Shown here in pieces: positions 9,632 to 20,147 of a stretch of 64,000 nt of DNA. The stretch comes from Candidatus Marinacidobacterales bacterium. Its GTDB lineage: Bacteria > Acidobacteriota > Vicinamibacteria > Marinacidobacterales > SMYC01. Below the pieces are notes generated by a model, which worked only from the letters and a program-made list of their open reading frames with translations, was not told where the DNA came from and did no database searches. Position 1 is the stretch's first letter. Every line of letters starts with the position of its first letter. The stretch lies in the NCBI GenBank assembly GCA_965237955.1, contig OZ250169.1, positions 1,312,001 through 1,376,000 on the forward strand, read 5' to 3'. The translations under genes and the position numbers were made by a program.

Positions 9632-10996
9632 ATGGTCAAACCGCGCATTCTCGTCGTGGATGACGAAGAGCCCATCCGAAAAACCCTGCGGATGACCCTC
9701 GAGTACGAGGGTTACGAAGTCACCGAAGCGTCCTCCGGTAACGAGGCGCTCGAGAAGATCGAGCACGAGCCATGCGAGCTCGTCTTTCTGGATATCAAGA
9801 TGCCCGGCATGGACGGGCTCGAGGTGTTGGAGGAGCTCCGCGAGCGCACCACCGCGCCTCAGGTGGTGATGATCAGCGGCCACGGCAACGTCGAGACCGC
9901 GGTGCAAGCGACGAAGCTCGGTGCGTTCGACTTCATCGAAAAACCGCTCGAGACCGAACGCGTTCTGCTCGCGGTGAGAAACGCACTAGAGCGCAAGGAG
10001 CTTCAAGAGGAAGTCGGCCGGCTGCGGGTCCGCTTCGAGCGCCGCTACCAGATGGTCGGCACCTCGGACCCGATCGACGGCGTTCGAGAATCGATCGCCC
10101 GCTCCGCGCCCACCAACGCGACCGTTCTCATCAGCGGCGAGTCGGGGACGGGGAAAGAGCTCGTCGCCCGCGCGATCCATGGCAACAGCAACCGATCCCG
10201 CGGTCCATTCGTCCAAGTGAACTGCGCCGCGATCCCGGAAGACCTCATCGAGAGCGAGCTCTTCGGGCACGAGAAAGGCTCGTTCACCGGCGCCACCAAC
10301 AAGCAAATCGGCAAGTTCGAGCAAGCGGATCGCGGCACGATCTTCCTCGACGAGATCGGTGACATGAGCGCGCGCACCCAAGCCAAGGTGCTCCGGGTGC
10401 TGCAAGAAGGTGAAGTCGAGCGCGTCGGCTCGCAGCAGACGATCAAAGTCGACGTGCGCGTCATCGCAGCGACCAACAAGGATCTCAAAAACGAGATCGA
10501 GGAAGGAACGTTTCGCGAAGATCTGTACTTCCGTCTCTCCGTGATCCCAATCCGCACGCCCCCCTTGCGCGAGCGCCGCGATGATATCGAAGCCCTCGTC
10601 GAGCACTTCGTCGCGAGCTTCGCCGCGGAAGACAATCTGCGGAAGAAGCATTTTTCACCTCCAGCGATGGAGCGATTGATCCAACACAGCTGGCGAGGGA
10701 ACGTCCGCGAGCTTCGTAATACCATCGAGCGCGTCCTCATCATGGCGCCGGGCGATAACATCGACGTCGCCGATCTTCCGGACAGCATCCGATTCTCCCA
10801 GGAACAGCCGGCCTCTCAAACCGAAGCGAGCACGCTCAAAGAGTTCAAAGAAACGAGCGAGCGCGCCTTTCTCGTGCAAAAGCTCCGCGACAACGGCTGG
10901 AATATCTCGCAGACCGCCCAGGTCATCGGCACCCCCCGAAGCAACCTCTACAAGAAGCTCGAGCAGTACAAGATCAGCCAAGAATCCGACGGGTAG
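9632..10996 (+). CDS. Sigma-54-type response regulator (NtrC/NtrX-like)
   Basis: Receiver (VVDDE, LDIKMPG), GESGTGKE, ESELFGHEKGSFTGA, FREDLYFRL and a Fis-type HTH. Confidence 0.93.
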   Translation: MVKPRILVVDDEEPIRKTLRMTLEYEGYEVTEASSGNEALEKIEHEPCELVFLDIKMPGMDGLEVLEELRERTTAPQVVMISGHGNVETAVQATKLGAFDFIEKPLETERVLLAVRNALERKELQEEVGRLRVRFERRYQMVGTSDPIDGVRESIARSAPTNATVLISGESGTGKELVARAIHGNSNRSRGPFVQVNCAAIPEDLIESELFGHEKGSFTGATNKQIGKFEQADRGTIFLDEIGDMSARTQAKVLRVLQEGEVERVGSQQTIKVDVRVIAATNKDLKNEIEEGTFREDLYFRLSVIPIRTPPLRERRDDIEALVEHFVASFAAEDNLRKKHFSPPAMERLIQHSWRGNVRELRNTIERVLIMAPGDNIDVADLPDSIRFSQEQPASQTEASTLKEFKETSERAFLVQKLRDNGWNISQTAQVIGTPRSNLYKKLEQYKISQESDG

Positions 10997-11115
10997 CTTC
11001 TCCGTAGGGAGGTTGGGTCCCGGATCGCGTCTACATCTGTAAGACCCATTGGCTATTCCAATTTCTGGTTATCCTCTATGGTAGAATTATGGTATACTTC
11101 TTCAAACAGAACGCC

Positions 11116-11388
11116 GTGGCTATCAATATCAAGAATCGCGAAGTCGAGCGACTCGTCTCGGAGGTTGCCGAGCTAACGGGAGAGTCCAAGACCGAGGCAG
11201 TGCGGAAAGCGTTAGCGGAACGCAAAGAACGTTTGAAACTTCAGGTCGCCAGCGAGAATCGTGGTGCAAGGCTGCGCCGCTTCCTCGAGGAAGAATTGTG
11301 GCCGACCGTGCCGGCGGATGAGCTCGGTCGCACGCTCACGCGGGCTGAGGAAGAAGCCATTCTAGGCTACGGCGACGAGGGCGTATGA
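11116..11388 (+). CDS. vapB: VapB-type antitoxin
   Basis: (M)AINIKNREVERLVSEVAELTGESKTEAV...ILGY; overlaps the PIN toxin gene. Confidence 0.85.
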   Translation: MAINIKNREVERLVSEVAELTGESKTEAVRKALAERKERLKLQVASENRGARLRRFLEEELWPTVPADELGRTLTRAEEEAILGYGDEGV

Positions 11389-11771
11389 TCCTCGATAGCT
11401 CGGCGGTCGTGGCCATCCTGCTCAAGGAACCAAACTCCGACAAGCTCGTCGACAAGCTGTTACGGGGATCCGTCGTAGGAATCGGTAGCCCGACGCTGAC
11501 GGAATCGGCGATTGTGCTATCGGCACGCTTGCGATCCGATGCGCGCGGCAAACTTGCGCGCTTCGTTTCAGAAGCATCTGTGGCCGTCGTTCCTTTCAGC
11601 GACGCGCACTACAGTACCGCCGTCGACGCCTGGCTTCGCTTTGGCAAGGGTCGCCATCCAGCGAGTCTCAATTTCGGAGACTGTCTTTCGTATGCGACGG
11701 CGAAAGTTTCCGGGCGAGCGCTCTTGTGCACCGGAGGCGACTTCGTGAAGACGGATTTGGAGCTCGCATAG
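11385..11771 (+). CDS. vapC: VapC PIN-domain toxin
   Basis: MILDSSAVVAIL..EP, FGKGRHPASLNFGDCLSYA, DF.KTD. Confidence 0.92.
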   Translation: MILDSSAVVAILLKEPNSDKLVDKLLRGSVVGIGSPTLTESAIVLSARLRSDARGKLARFVSEASVAVVPFSDAHYSTAVDAWLRFGKGRHPASLNFGDCLSYATAKVSGRALLCTGGDFVKTDLELA

Positions 11772-12067
11772 GGCCTTTTGGCTCGACCCCTCGTAGTCGA
11801 GGAGCCCAGCTCAGGCTTCCCGCCTCGTGACAGTTGCGGTGGATAGCACAGACGACTTTTCGAAATCCCTGCGGCATACTGAATTCATCACAAGAAAAGA
11901 ATCCAGTTAGGCGCTTCCACCGTCAACAGAGGCGCGGTCGGTGCGGATGCGCATCGATTCACGCACTCCCGTTGCAACCCGCGGAAGCGCTCGATGACCC
12001 CAGCAGAACGGATTCGGTCTCCTCCGGTTGCTGGGATATCGCAAGGAGTCCGTTCGGAGGTGCTCGC

Positions 12068-13594
12068 ATGCGGCGACTGGCCGCTCTATTGGTTGCAATC
12101 GTCCTCGGTTGCGCGTTGCCCGCAGAGCTGCGCGCTCAGGCAGTTCAAAACATCGTGCTCCGGAACTCGTTCAGCCCCATCGGCGCCGGGGCGCGGGGCG
12201 TCGGGATGGGCGGGGCGTTCATTGCCGTCGCGGACGACGGGACCGCGGCGACGTTCAACCCCGCTGGGCTGGCGCAACTACGGCGTGCCGAGCTCGCACT
12301 GGTCGGGTTCGGCTCGGAGCTCAGCTCGACAGTCCAAGGCTCCGGTCTCATCGAAGGTGATTCGAGTTTGGCGTCTCACGGGGCGATTGATTTCGTCGGG
12401 CTCGCCATCCCGTTCGACGTGAGCGGCAGGCGCCTGACGTTTCAGCTCGCCTACCAACGCGCGGTCGATCTTTTCGGCCATGGTCGAGCCGTGCTAATAG
12501 ACGAGCTCCCGCTCACCGAGCTCGGGGTCGACGACCCCGGAAGCGTGGGAGTGTCGGTAAGCGTTGTACCGACACAGCGAGGAGCCCTACACAACGTAAG
12601 CGCCAGCGCTGCGTTCCAGGTCACCGAGAAGCTCTATCTCGGAACCGCATTCAACTACTGGATGGGAGACTGGAGGGCGAGTGGGACGCGCGACACGATC
12701 CTCTTCGAGCGGTCGGCGTCCGGACCGCGCTCGTCTGCGGCGCCCAAGGACTCCGAGCTAGCGCGGATTCAGACGCAGTTCGAGCAGGTTCAGCGCCTTC
12801 GTGGCTTCAACGTGAACCTGGGTTTTCTCCTCAAGTACGAGCGCCTGAGTGTGGGCGGTGTTCTCAGGCTTCCGTTCAGCGGTGATTACCGCCTCGACGA
12901 GTTCGATCGCTCCGTGTTCTTCGATCCGAGCGGACAGAGCTCGGCTCCGGATATCCAGAGCTTCGGCGTTACCAGCCGGCTCGATTGGCCACGCGGCGGT
13001 GGGCTCGGTGTGGCGTTCCGGCCTTTTAGTGGTTTGACCCTCGCTACCGATATCTCAACGACGCTCTGGTCGCGGGCCTCCATCGAGCAGCTTCCGGATG
13101 GCGCGCTCCTGACAGACGCGCCTACCGACGCCCAGGGCAACTTGGCCGGAGGTTTCACCGATCGCAACTTCTTCGATCTGCTGCCGAAAACGGTGACGTC
13201 GACGTCGGACTCCAGCCAGTGGCGCGCGCGCGCCGAGTACCTCGTCGCATTCTCGGGCGTGGTCATCCCTGTGCGCGCCGGAGTTTTCCGTACGACGTCC
13301 CCGTTCGCGGATGCGATCGAGGGAGGCTCCAGCACCATTCGCGGCTTTACCGCCGGTACCGGCATCAACTTCAGCCGTTTCGTGTTCGACATCGCGTTCG
13401 AGCGAAGTGAGAGCGACGTCGCCCTTGGGCTGCGCCGACTGAACCGATCTGAGGCGGTCCAGAATCCAACGGAGACCGTGGCCGTGGATCGCGTGGTCGC
13501 GTCCGTCATTTTCCGCTTCGACAACGACGGCGCGATGGCGACGTTTTTCCGCGGGCTCTTCGCGGGCAATGACGCCGAGGGCGGCTTGGAGTAG
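12068..13594 (+). CDS. Outer-membrane beta-barrel, FadL/PorV-like
   Basis: SD GGAGG at 12056, signal peptide, GAGARGVGMGGAFIAVADDGTAATFNPAGLAQL plug motif and alternating beta strands. Confidence 0.78.
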   Translation: MRRLAALLVAIVLGCALPAELRAQAVQNIVLRNSFSPIGAGARGVGMGGAFIAVADDGTAATFNPAGLAQLRRAELALVGFGSELSSTVQGSGLIEGDSSLASHGAIDFVGLAIPFDVSGRRLTFQLAYQRAVDLFGHGRAVLIDELPLTELGVDDPGSVGVSVSVVPTQRGALHNVSASAAFQVTEKLYLGTAFNYWMGDWRASGTRDTILFERSASGPRSSAAPKDSELARIQTQFEQVQRLRGFNVNLGFLLKYERLSVGGVLRLPFSGDYRLDEFDRSVFFDPSGQSSAPDIQSFGVTSRLDWPRGGGLGVAFRPFSGLTLATDISTTLWSRASIEQLPDGALLTDAPTDAQGNLAGGFTDRNFFDLLPKTVTSTSDSSQWRARAEYLVAFSGVVIPVRAGVFRTTSPFADAIEGGSSTIRGFTAGTGINFSRFVFDIAFERSESDVALGLRRLNRSEAVQNPTETVAVDRVVASVIFRFDNDGAMATFFRGLFAGNDAEGGLE

Positions 13595-13601
13595 CCCAAG
13601 C

Positions 13602-15673
13602 GTGAGGCAAGCACGTCGCGCATGGCGGGGTCTTGGCGTTGTGTGCGTGCTTCTGTCATTGCCGGCAACGGCCGCCGCGGAATGGTTCGATGACTACGAG
13701 CGCGGCGTGGAAGCGCTCGCGAGAGGCAAACCGGAACAGGCCGTCCAGTTTCTGGAGAAGGCGATTCGGAAGCGACCCGAGCCGGGATCGAATCTCATCA
13801 CCTACGGCACCAACCGCCTGGAGGAGTACTTCCCTTATCTGAAACTGGCCAAGGCCCATCTAGACTCCGGTCACCTCGACGCGGCCGGCGCGGCCCTCGA
13901 GCGCTCGAACGCAAGCGGGAAAGAACCTGCGGATGCGCGGGCTCGCCTGGAAGCGCGCTGGCGCGACGCCGTGAGAGCCGACGAAGCCCGGCACCGGAAG
14001 GTCGCTCCACCGCCGTCTCCTTCACCAGTACCCCTCGAGCCTCCGAAGCCGACGACGACCGTCGCGCCGGTTCCAGCGCGCCCCGCTCGGGCCCGCTCGA
14101 CCGAAGACGGGCACGCTCGTCGTGCGCAGCGAGCCTGAAAGCGGTGCGAGCGTTCTGGCGAACGGCCGTTTTCTAGGGCTCACCCCGCTGAGCGTCCAGC
14201 TCGATGCCGGCGAGTACGAGATCACCGTGCGCAAGGAAGGCATTCCGCCCGAGCATGTCTCCGTGCAGGTGAAACGGGGGGAGACAAATGTAGTCAACAT
14301 TCGTTTAGTCGAGCCGCCGCCCGCGCCGCGTCCGGAGCGCCGTCTACCGAAACCGCCGCCGAAACCCGTACTAGAGCCGCCGTCTCTTCTCGTCGTCTCC
14401 GATCCGCCGGGCACGTCGGTGTATCTCGACGACGAGCTCATTGGAAGCACGGATCCGGAAACGGGGCGGCTGATGAAAAGCGGCGTTGTTGTCGGCTCGC
14501 ACCGCATCCGACTATCGCGCGCCGGTTATGCGGAAATCGTCGGCGATATCGAAATCGAGCCAGGTGGAGAGACGTTGTACACGGGCACCCTTTCCGAGGT
14601 CATTCCGGAAGTGGCCACGCCGGTCGAGGCCACGCCGAGGGCGGTCGACGCCCCCGCGGCGCCCGAAGAAATTGCGGAGATATCGGGCCGCGATTGGCTC
14701 GTTGCGAGCATGGCATTCAGCCTGGCCGCGCTCCTGCTCGTCGTTCGCCGGTGGCGGCGAGCTCCGGATCAGAACCTCCTGACGTTGACCGCCGGAGCAC
14801 CGGTGGAGCGCCCGCGCGGCGAGGAGCTTGCCCCGACACAGACGAAAGTTGCCGCGGACACGACTGAGGGCTCTCGCTTCGGGGAGTTTCGGCTCATCAA
14901 GCGTCTGGGTCGAGGCGGCATGGCAGTGGTGTACCTCGCGGAACGTAACGGAGAGCGCTGCGCGCTGAAAAAACCCTTGAGCGCGCTTCTCGGGGACGAC
15001 GAGTTTCGCGAGCGCTTTCTCCGGGAGGCCGATATCGGGCGCACGCTCCACCACCCGAACATCATCCGAATCTTCGGGCGCGGCGAAGTCAACGGTGTCC
15101 CGTACTTCACCATGGAGCTTGTCGAAGGAGGCACGCTTCGAGAAAAGCTACGGAACCGAGAGCTTTCCGAGCCTCGAGATGCGGCAGCCGTCGTCCTCCA
15201 AATTGCGGAAGCGCTCGACTATGCCCACTTGAAGGGCGTCGTTCATCGGGATCTGAAACCCTCCAACATCATGATCCTCGACAGCGGCACCGTCAAGGTA
15301 ATGGATTACGGGATCGCCCGCGCCCAGCGCTTCGAAGGCCTGACCGCGACCGGCGCCTTTTTGGGCACGCCGAACTACGTCGCCCCCGAGACCGCCGAGG
15401 GCAAGAGTACCGACGCCCGCGGCGATCTCTACTCACTCGGCATCATCTTCTACGAGATGATGACCGGTCAGAGACCGTTCGATGCAGACAACCCGCTCGT
15501 CACGCTCAAAAAGCACTGCAGCGAGCCTCCCACGCCGCCGTCGTTGATCGCACCGACGGAGGCGGCTGGAAGGTATCATCCTCAAACTCCTCGCCAAGTC
15601 GCCGGACGACCGCTATCCCGATGCGGAGCACCTGTTGGTGGATCTCCGCGATTTCTCGAACAAGGCCCCGTAG
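13602..15673 (+). pseudogene. Signal peptide-TPR-PEGA-PEGA-TM-Ser/Thr kinase with two frameshifts (near 14090 and 15555); may be sequencing error
   Basis: ORFs at 13569 and 14122 join via ...RPKTGTLVVRSEP. Kinase motifs GRGGMA, ALK, HRDLKPSN, DYG and APE are present; the tail LEGIILKLLAKSPDDRY lies in another frame. Confidence 0.8.
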
Positions 15674-15749
15674 ATCGGTAGAGGCACCGACGTGCCACGC
15701 AGTGAAAGGGCACCGCGCTCGCGGCTGCGCCCGTGAGTTACGATGGCGG

Positions 15750-16743
15750 ATGGTCGAGTTCGAAGGACTGACGCCGAACGAGCTTGCCGACATCGTCGGC
15801 GGTACCGGGAGGGCGCGCATCGTTTGGAACGCCCTCGTGCGTGGCGACGATCCTTTCGAAAGACGCAGATCTTTCGGATTCTCTTCGAGCTCGTCTTCGT
15901 GGGCAGACTCGGCGCGCTCATCTGGTCGTCGAACGCCGTCACGTCGCACGGTGCGGGACGACGAAGCTGCGTCTGGGTCTCGTCGACGGCAAGCGCATCG
16001 AAACGGTGCTGATTCCATCGGAACGCAGGACGACGGTCTGCGTTTCCACTCAGGCCGGCTGCGCGCGGGGGTGCATCTTCTGTCTCACGGCGACGATGGG
16101 CCTCGAGAGAGGGCTAACGCCTGCTGAGATCGTCGGTCAAGTGACCGGCGCGATTCGCGAGGCGCGTCAGCGAGGCCTGCCGCCGGTTCGCAATGTCGTC
16201 TATATGGGGATGGGCGAGCCCTTGGACAATCTGGAGGCGGTCGAGAACAGCATCGCTGTTTTGTGCTCGCCACGAGCTCTCGGGCTCGGGCCGGCGCACA
16301 TCACGCTCTCCACCGTCGGGACGACGCCGGAAGCGATCCTGGCGACGCGCGATCTTCCCGTTCAGATGGCGTGGTCGCTTCACGCGTGCGATGACGGATT
16401 GCGACGGAAGCTCATTCCGACGGCGCGGCATTCGACGGTGGAGTTGCGGCGAGCGTTCATCGAGCGGGGATCGAGCCTGTTCGTGGAGATAACCTTGATG
16501 GAGGGCGTCAATGACGAGCCTCATCACGCGGACGAACTGGTGGAGTTCTTGAAACCGTTCCCGGCGCCGGTGCGGGTGAACCTCCTGCCGATGAACGCGG
16601 GACGCGAAGGGCTCGAGCCGAGCTCCGAGCCGCGCGCGATCGCGTTTCGCCAACGCGTGCGCGAGCACGGTTTTTTCTGCGCGATCCGTCGTCCGCGCGG
16701 TCTCGATGCGAGCGCCGCGTGCTGGCAACTCGCCGTCGGCTGA
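15750..16743 (+). CDS. rlmN: RlmN/Cfr-family radical SAM RNA methyltransferase (one apparent frameshift near 15860)
   Basis: IETV, CVSTQAGCARGCIFC, MGMGEP, SLH and C-terminal AACxQL. N-terminus MVEFEGLTPNEL is in a different frame. Confidence 0.85.
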
Positions 16744-16764
16744 CCTATAATAATGAGGCCTGTT

Positions 16765-17158
16765 CGAGCCGACCAGATGATCGCTGGCTTTCTTCGGAAA
16801 GCGAGAGGAAAGTCCGAACTCCACAGGGCAGTGTGCTGGCTAACGACCAGTCCGGGTGACCGGAAGGAAAGTGCCACAGAAAATACACCGCCTCTTTTTC
16901 AGCCTTGGTTCAGCCTCGGTTGGGGAAGCGGTAAGGGTGAAAAGGTGCGGTAAGAGCGCACCGCTCCGGTGGTGACACCGGAGGCAGGGTAAACCCCACA
17001 CGGAGCAAGACCAAATAGGGGAGCGTTCGAGGGTGGCCCGCCTGAAGCTCCCGGGTAGGTCGCTGGACCGGGCGAGCAATCGCTCGGCTAGATAAATGAT
17101 CGTCGCTTCTTCGAGGGTGACCGAGAAGAAGAACAAAATTCGGCTTACGGTCGGCTCG
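16765..17158 (+). ncRNA. rnpB: RNase P RNA, bacterial type A
   Basis: GAGGAAAGTCC, GGAAAGTGCCACAGAAA, GGTAAACCCC...GGAGCAAG and AACAAAATTCGGCTTA. P1 pairing CGAGCCGACC/GGTCGGCTCG; TATAAT at 16746. Confidence 0.97.
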
Positions 17159-17168
17159 GACAGGTTTT

Positions 17169-17348
17169 TCAGCATCCAGCATTCAGCATCCAGTTCAAAC
17201 CAGACGGAGCCGGCAAGTAAGGCTTCGTCTCCTTGCCGGTGTGGCGACCGGCTGGAGGGCGGTGGAGACGACGCTCTACTTACTGGCAGGGCTCGAAGTG
17301 AGCTGGATGCTGAATGCTGGATGCTGAATGCTGAATGCTGAATGCTGA
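17169..17348. repeat. Fold-back element with inverted heptamer (CAGCATY)n arms
   Basis: 17169-17197 and 17299-17327 match 28/29 as inverted repeats; three extra ATGCTGA units follow. Internal stems TCGTCTCC/GGAGACGA and GCCGGT/ACCGGC. Confidence 0.88.
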
Positions 17349-17357
17349 GCCCCGTGT

Positions 17358-19037
17358 TCACTCCTTCTTCAGCCCAAAAAACCTCTTGAAGCCACCGAGA
17401 TTGCTCGATTCCTTCTTCGTGCCGAGTTTTTTCTGTACTTCTTCGTTCTCGGGGGCGTACGTTGCTGCTTGCTCGTACATCTTCTGGGCGCGCGTCGTCA
17501 TGCCTTTGTCCTCGTAGATTTGCCCGAGGCCCAAAGCACATTCGGCGTCGAATTGGTCCATCTTGAGCGCGGCGCGGAAATGCTCTTCCGCTTCTTTGGC
17601 CCACAGCGGGTTCTTCATGAGGGCCTGGGCGAGGAGTTTGTGGTACTGCTTTTTGGGGTAGAGCCGTACCGCATCTCGCGAGCTTTGGATCGCGTCGAAG
17701 AAATGCATCTCGTCGAAGTGGTGTTTGCCGTCGGCATAACGCTCCTCGGCTTGACGCTTCAACGCGGCTTCGGACGCTTGCTCCGCTTTTTGGGCCGTTT
17801 GCGCGTCACCGGCGGAGGCGGAGGCGTCGGCGCTGTCTCCATGCTTCACGGTCTGGTCGTAGCGATGCCGGTCCGCGGTCGACGACAGCGTTTGGTAGGC
17901 GTGGGTGATCTTGCTGAAGAGCTCCTCCAGCAAACCGTGCACGTCGCGTAAGTGCGGAGAGTGATGGCGATCAGGGTGGTACTTCTTCGCCATCGCGTAG
18001 TACGCCTTTTTGATCTCGTCCTCGTTGGCGGTGATCGTAATGTCCAGCAAATCGTAGAAGTTCGCATCGCTGAGCGAGGCGTGCTTTTGGGAGATCTCGT
18101 CTCGAACGGCGATTTCCTCTGGGCTCGGGCCGAGCTCCGGAGGCACCTCGGCCTTCGTAGGCGGGGCGGACGGCGGTGGCTTGGTCGGGCTGGCAGCGGG
18201 CCTCGATGCTTCGGCCGGTTTCGCTCTTGGTGGATCCGGTTTCGGGGGTGGCGGGGGTGGCTCTGGTCTCGGAGGTGGCGGCGACGGCCTCGGAGCTGCC
18301 CCAGCATTCCCGCTCGCGGATTCGGTGCGAGCTCCACCCTTGAGCACGAGGACGCCGGCAGACACCAGGCCGTAGATACATCGAAGCGTCTCGTCCTCGT
18401 CCAGGGGCGAGACCGCAAAGATATCATCCAGGGAGCTCATCCCGTCCACGCGGGATAAAATGAAATACTCCGACTGACTGAGCGTTGTCATTTTCTGATA
18501 GAGCAACAGCGGATCCTCGTTCTGCTCCAGGATTCCGCTGGAATCGCCCAACGCCCGCCGCACCTTGTCCATATCCTCGAGCCGGCGCGTCCCCTCGAGG
18601 ATGATGTCGGCCGTGGACAGATTCAAAACGATGTCTTCGTCGACGGGATTCTCGTGCTGCTCGAACCGGTAGTCGCCCTCGTCCCAGTCGAAGAGCGAGT
18701 AAATGATCGCCTGGATTTGTTCGACGAACTTTTGCTCCATTTCCTCCGCCGTGCAATGCCCGAGTTCGACGACGGTCCTACCGAAACGGTGGCCCGTTTC
18801 CTTCATGGTCTCGGCAGTTTTCTCGAACGCGTCGCGATCGATCACACCTTGTCGAATCAAGAACTCCCCGAGGCGATCGGACTCGACGTCCGAGTTGGCG
18901 AAAATCATGGAGCCCTTGCGGAAGTAAATCCGTTTGCTCGTTTTTGCTTGCGCTAGGTGGACGATCCCGCTACGCCGGTCCACGTAGAGGGTGCGGATCA
19001 CGTCCGCGAGGGTCTCGCGCGAAAGGTCGCCCTGCAA
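17358..19037 (-). CDS. DUF4388 + Pro-rich linker + DnaJ domain + TPR protein
   Basis: MQGDL...KRIYFRKG, RLGEFLIRQG, LFDWDEGDYRF; J domain NFYDLL...KYHPD; C-terminal TPRs. Confidence 0.85.
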   Translation of the reverse strand: MQGDLSRETLADVIRTLYVDRRSGIVHLAQAKTSKRIYFRKGSMIFANSDVESDRLGEFLIRQGVIDRDAFEKTAETMKETGHRFGRTVVELGHCTAEEMEQKFVEQIQAIIYSLFDWDEGDYRFEQHENPVDEDIVLNLSTADIILEGTRRLEDMDKVRRALGDSSGILEQNEDPLLLYQKMTTLSQSEYFILSRVDGMSSLDDIFAVSPLDEDETLRCIYGLVSAGVLVLKGGARTESASGNAGAAPRPSPPPPRPEPPPPPPKPDPPRAKPAEASRPAASPTKPPPSAPPTKAEVPPELGPSPEEIAVRDEISQKHASLSDANFYDLLDITITANEDEIKKAYYAMAKKYHPDRHHSPHLRDVHGLLEELFSKITHAYQTLSSTADRHRYDQTVKHGDSADASASAGDAQTAQKAEQASEAALKRQAEERYADGKHHFDEMHFFDAIQSSRDAVRLYPKKQYHKLLAQALMKNPLWAKEAEEHFRAALKMDQFDAECALGLGQIYEDKGMTTRAQKMYEQAATYAPENEEVQKKLGTKKESSNLGGFKRFFGLKKE

Positions 19038-19201
19038 TCGAGATGCTCCGGAGTCGGTGATAGTGTCCGAGTTTGAAGTGAACGGCTAACTCTTGGGATC
19101 GCAGCATATTCTGGGGCCCGACCGCGACCGGCTGCCGGTTGACGAGGATCGGTCAACCTCCATAAACTGGTTCAAATGCTGTACTTCTGGGGAATGAACG
19201 C

Positions 19202-20146
19202 TTGAGTTTGTATCTGGTCACGGGCGGAGCCGGCTTCGTCGGCTCCTATCTCGTTCGCTTTCTGTTGGATAAGGGGGAGAGCGTTCGCGTTCTCGACAAC
19301 TTCTCGACGGGGAAGCGGGAGAACCTCGAGGAGGTCACGACCAAAATCGGGCTTGTCGAAGGAGACCTCAACGATCGCCAGGCGGTGTCACAGGCCGTCG
19401 GCGGGGTGGACTTCGTCTTCCACGAAGCGGCGATCCCGTCGGTGCCGCGCTCGGTGGAAAAGCCCATGGAGTCGCACGAGGCGAACGCGTCGGGTAGTTT
19501 GGTCTTGCTCCAGGAGGCCCGGGAGGCAGGCGTGCGCCGGCTGGTGTACGCTTCCTCGTCTTCGGTCTATGGCGCCAACCCAGAGCTTCCGAAACTCGAG
19601 ACAATGCGCACCGAGCCCCTGTCGCCGTACGCGGTGGCGAAGCTCGCCGCGGAGCACTACTGCTTGGTGTTCCATAACCTCTACGGTCTCGAGACGGTCG
19701 CGCTCCGATATTTCAACGTTTTCGGTCCTCGTCAGGACCCGAACTCACCTTACTCGGGCGTGGTGAGCCGTTTTATCGACGCCATCGTGTCGAACACACC
19801 GCCTGTGATCCACGGCGACGGCGAGCAGACGCGCGACTTCACCTATGTCGACAACGTCGCGCAGGCCAACTTCGCCGCGTGCCACGAAGCGGCCGCCGGC
19901 GGCGGCGTCTATAACATCGGCTGTCAGACGCGGATTTCCGTGAACGAGCTCTGGAACACGATGGCCGAGCTCACCGGCTCTCATCTCGAGCCGAAACGAG
20001 AGCCTGCGCGAACCGGTGACGTACCCCACTCACTCGCGGACATTGCGGCCGCACGGCAAGACCTCGGTTTCGATCCGCGCATCGGAATTCGCGAAGGTCT
20101 GGAGCGAACCCTGAGCTTCTATATCCCTTCGAGCGCGAGCAACTAG
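19202..20146 (+). CDS. NAD-dependent nucleotide-sugar epimerase/dehydratase
   Basis: VTGGAGFVG, SSSSVYG, YAVAK, RYFNVFGPRQDP, GDGEQTRDF. Confidence 0.93.
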   Translation: MSLYLVTGGAGFVGSYLVRFLLDKGESVRVLDNFSTGKRENLEEVTTKIGLVEGDLNDRQAVSQAVGGVDFVFHEAAIPSVPRSVEKPMESHEANASGSLVLLQEAREAGVRRLVYASSSSVYGANPELPKLETMRTEPLSPYAVAKLAAEHYCLVFHNLYGLETVALRYFNVFGPRQDPNSPYSGVVSRFIDAIVSNTPPVIHGDGEQTRDFTYVDNVAQANFAACHEAAAGGGVYNIGCQTRISVNELWNTMAELTGSHLEPKREPARTGDVPHSLADIAAARQDLGFDPRIGIREGLERTLSFYIPSSASN

Positions 20147-20147
20147 G

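Noticed and set aside
11900-12010. Possible integrase-core fragment (GVIERFRGLQRECVNR) on the minus strand
   Set aside because: Too short and lacks other DDE motifs.
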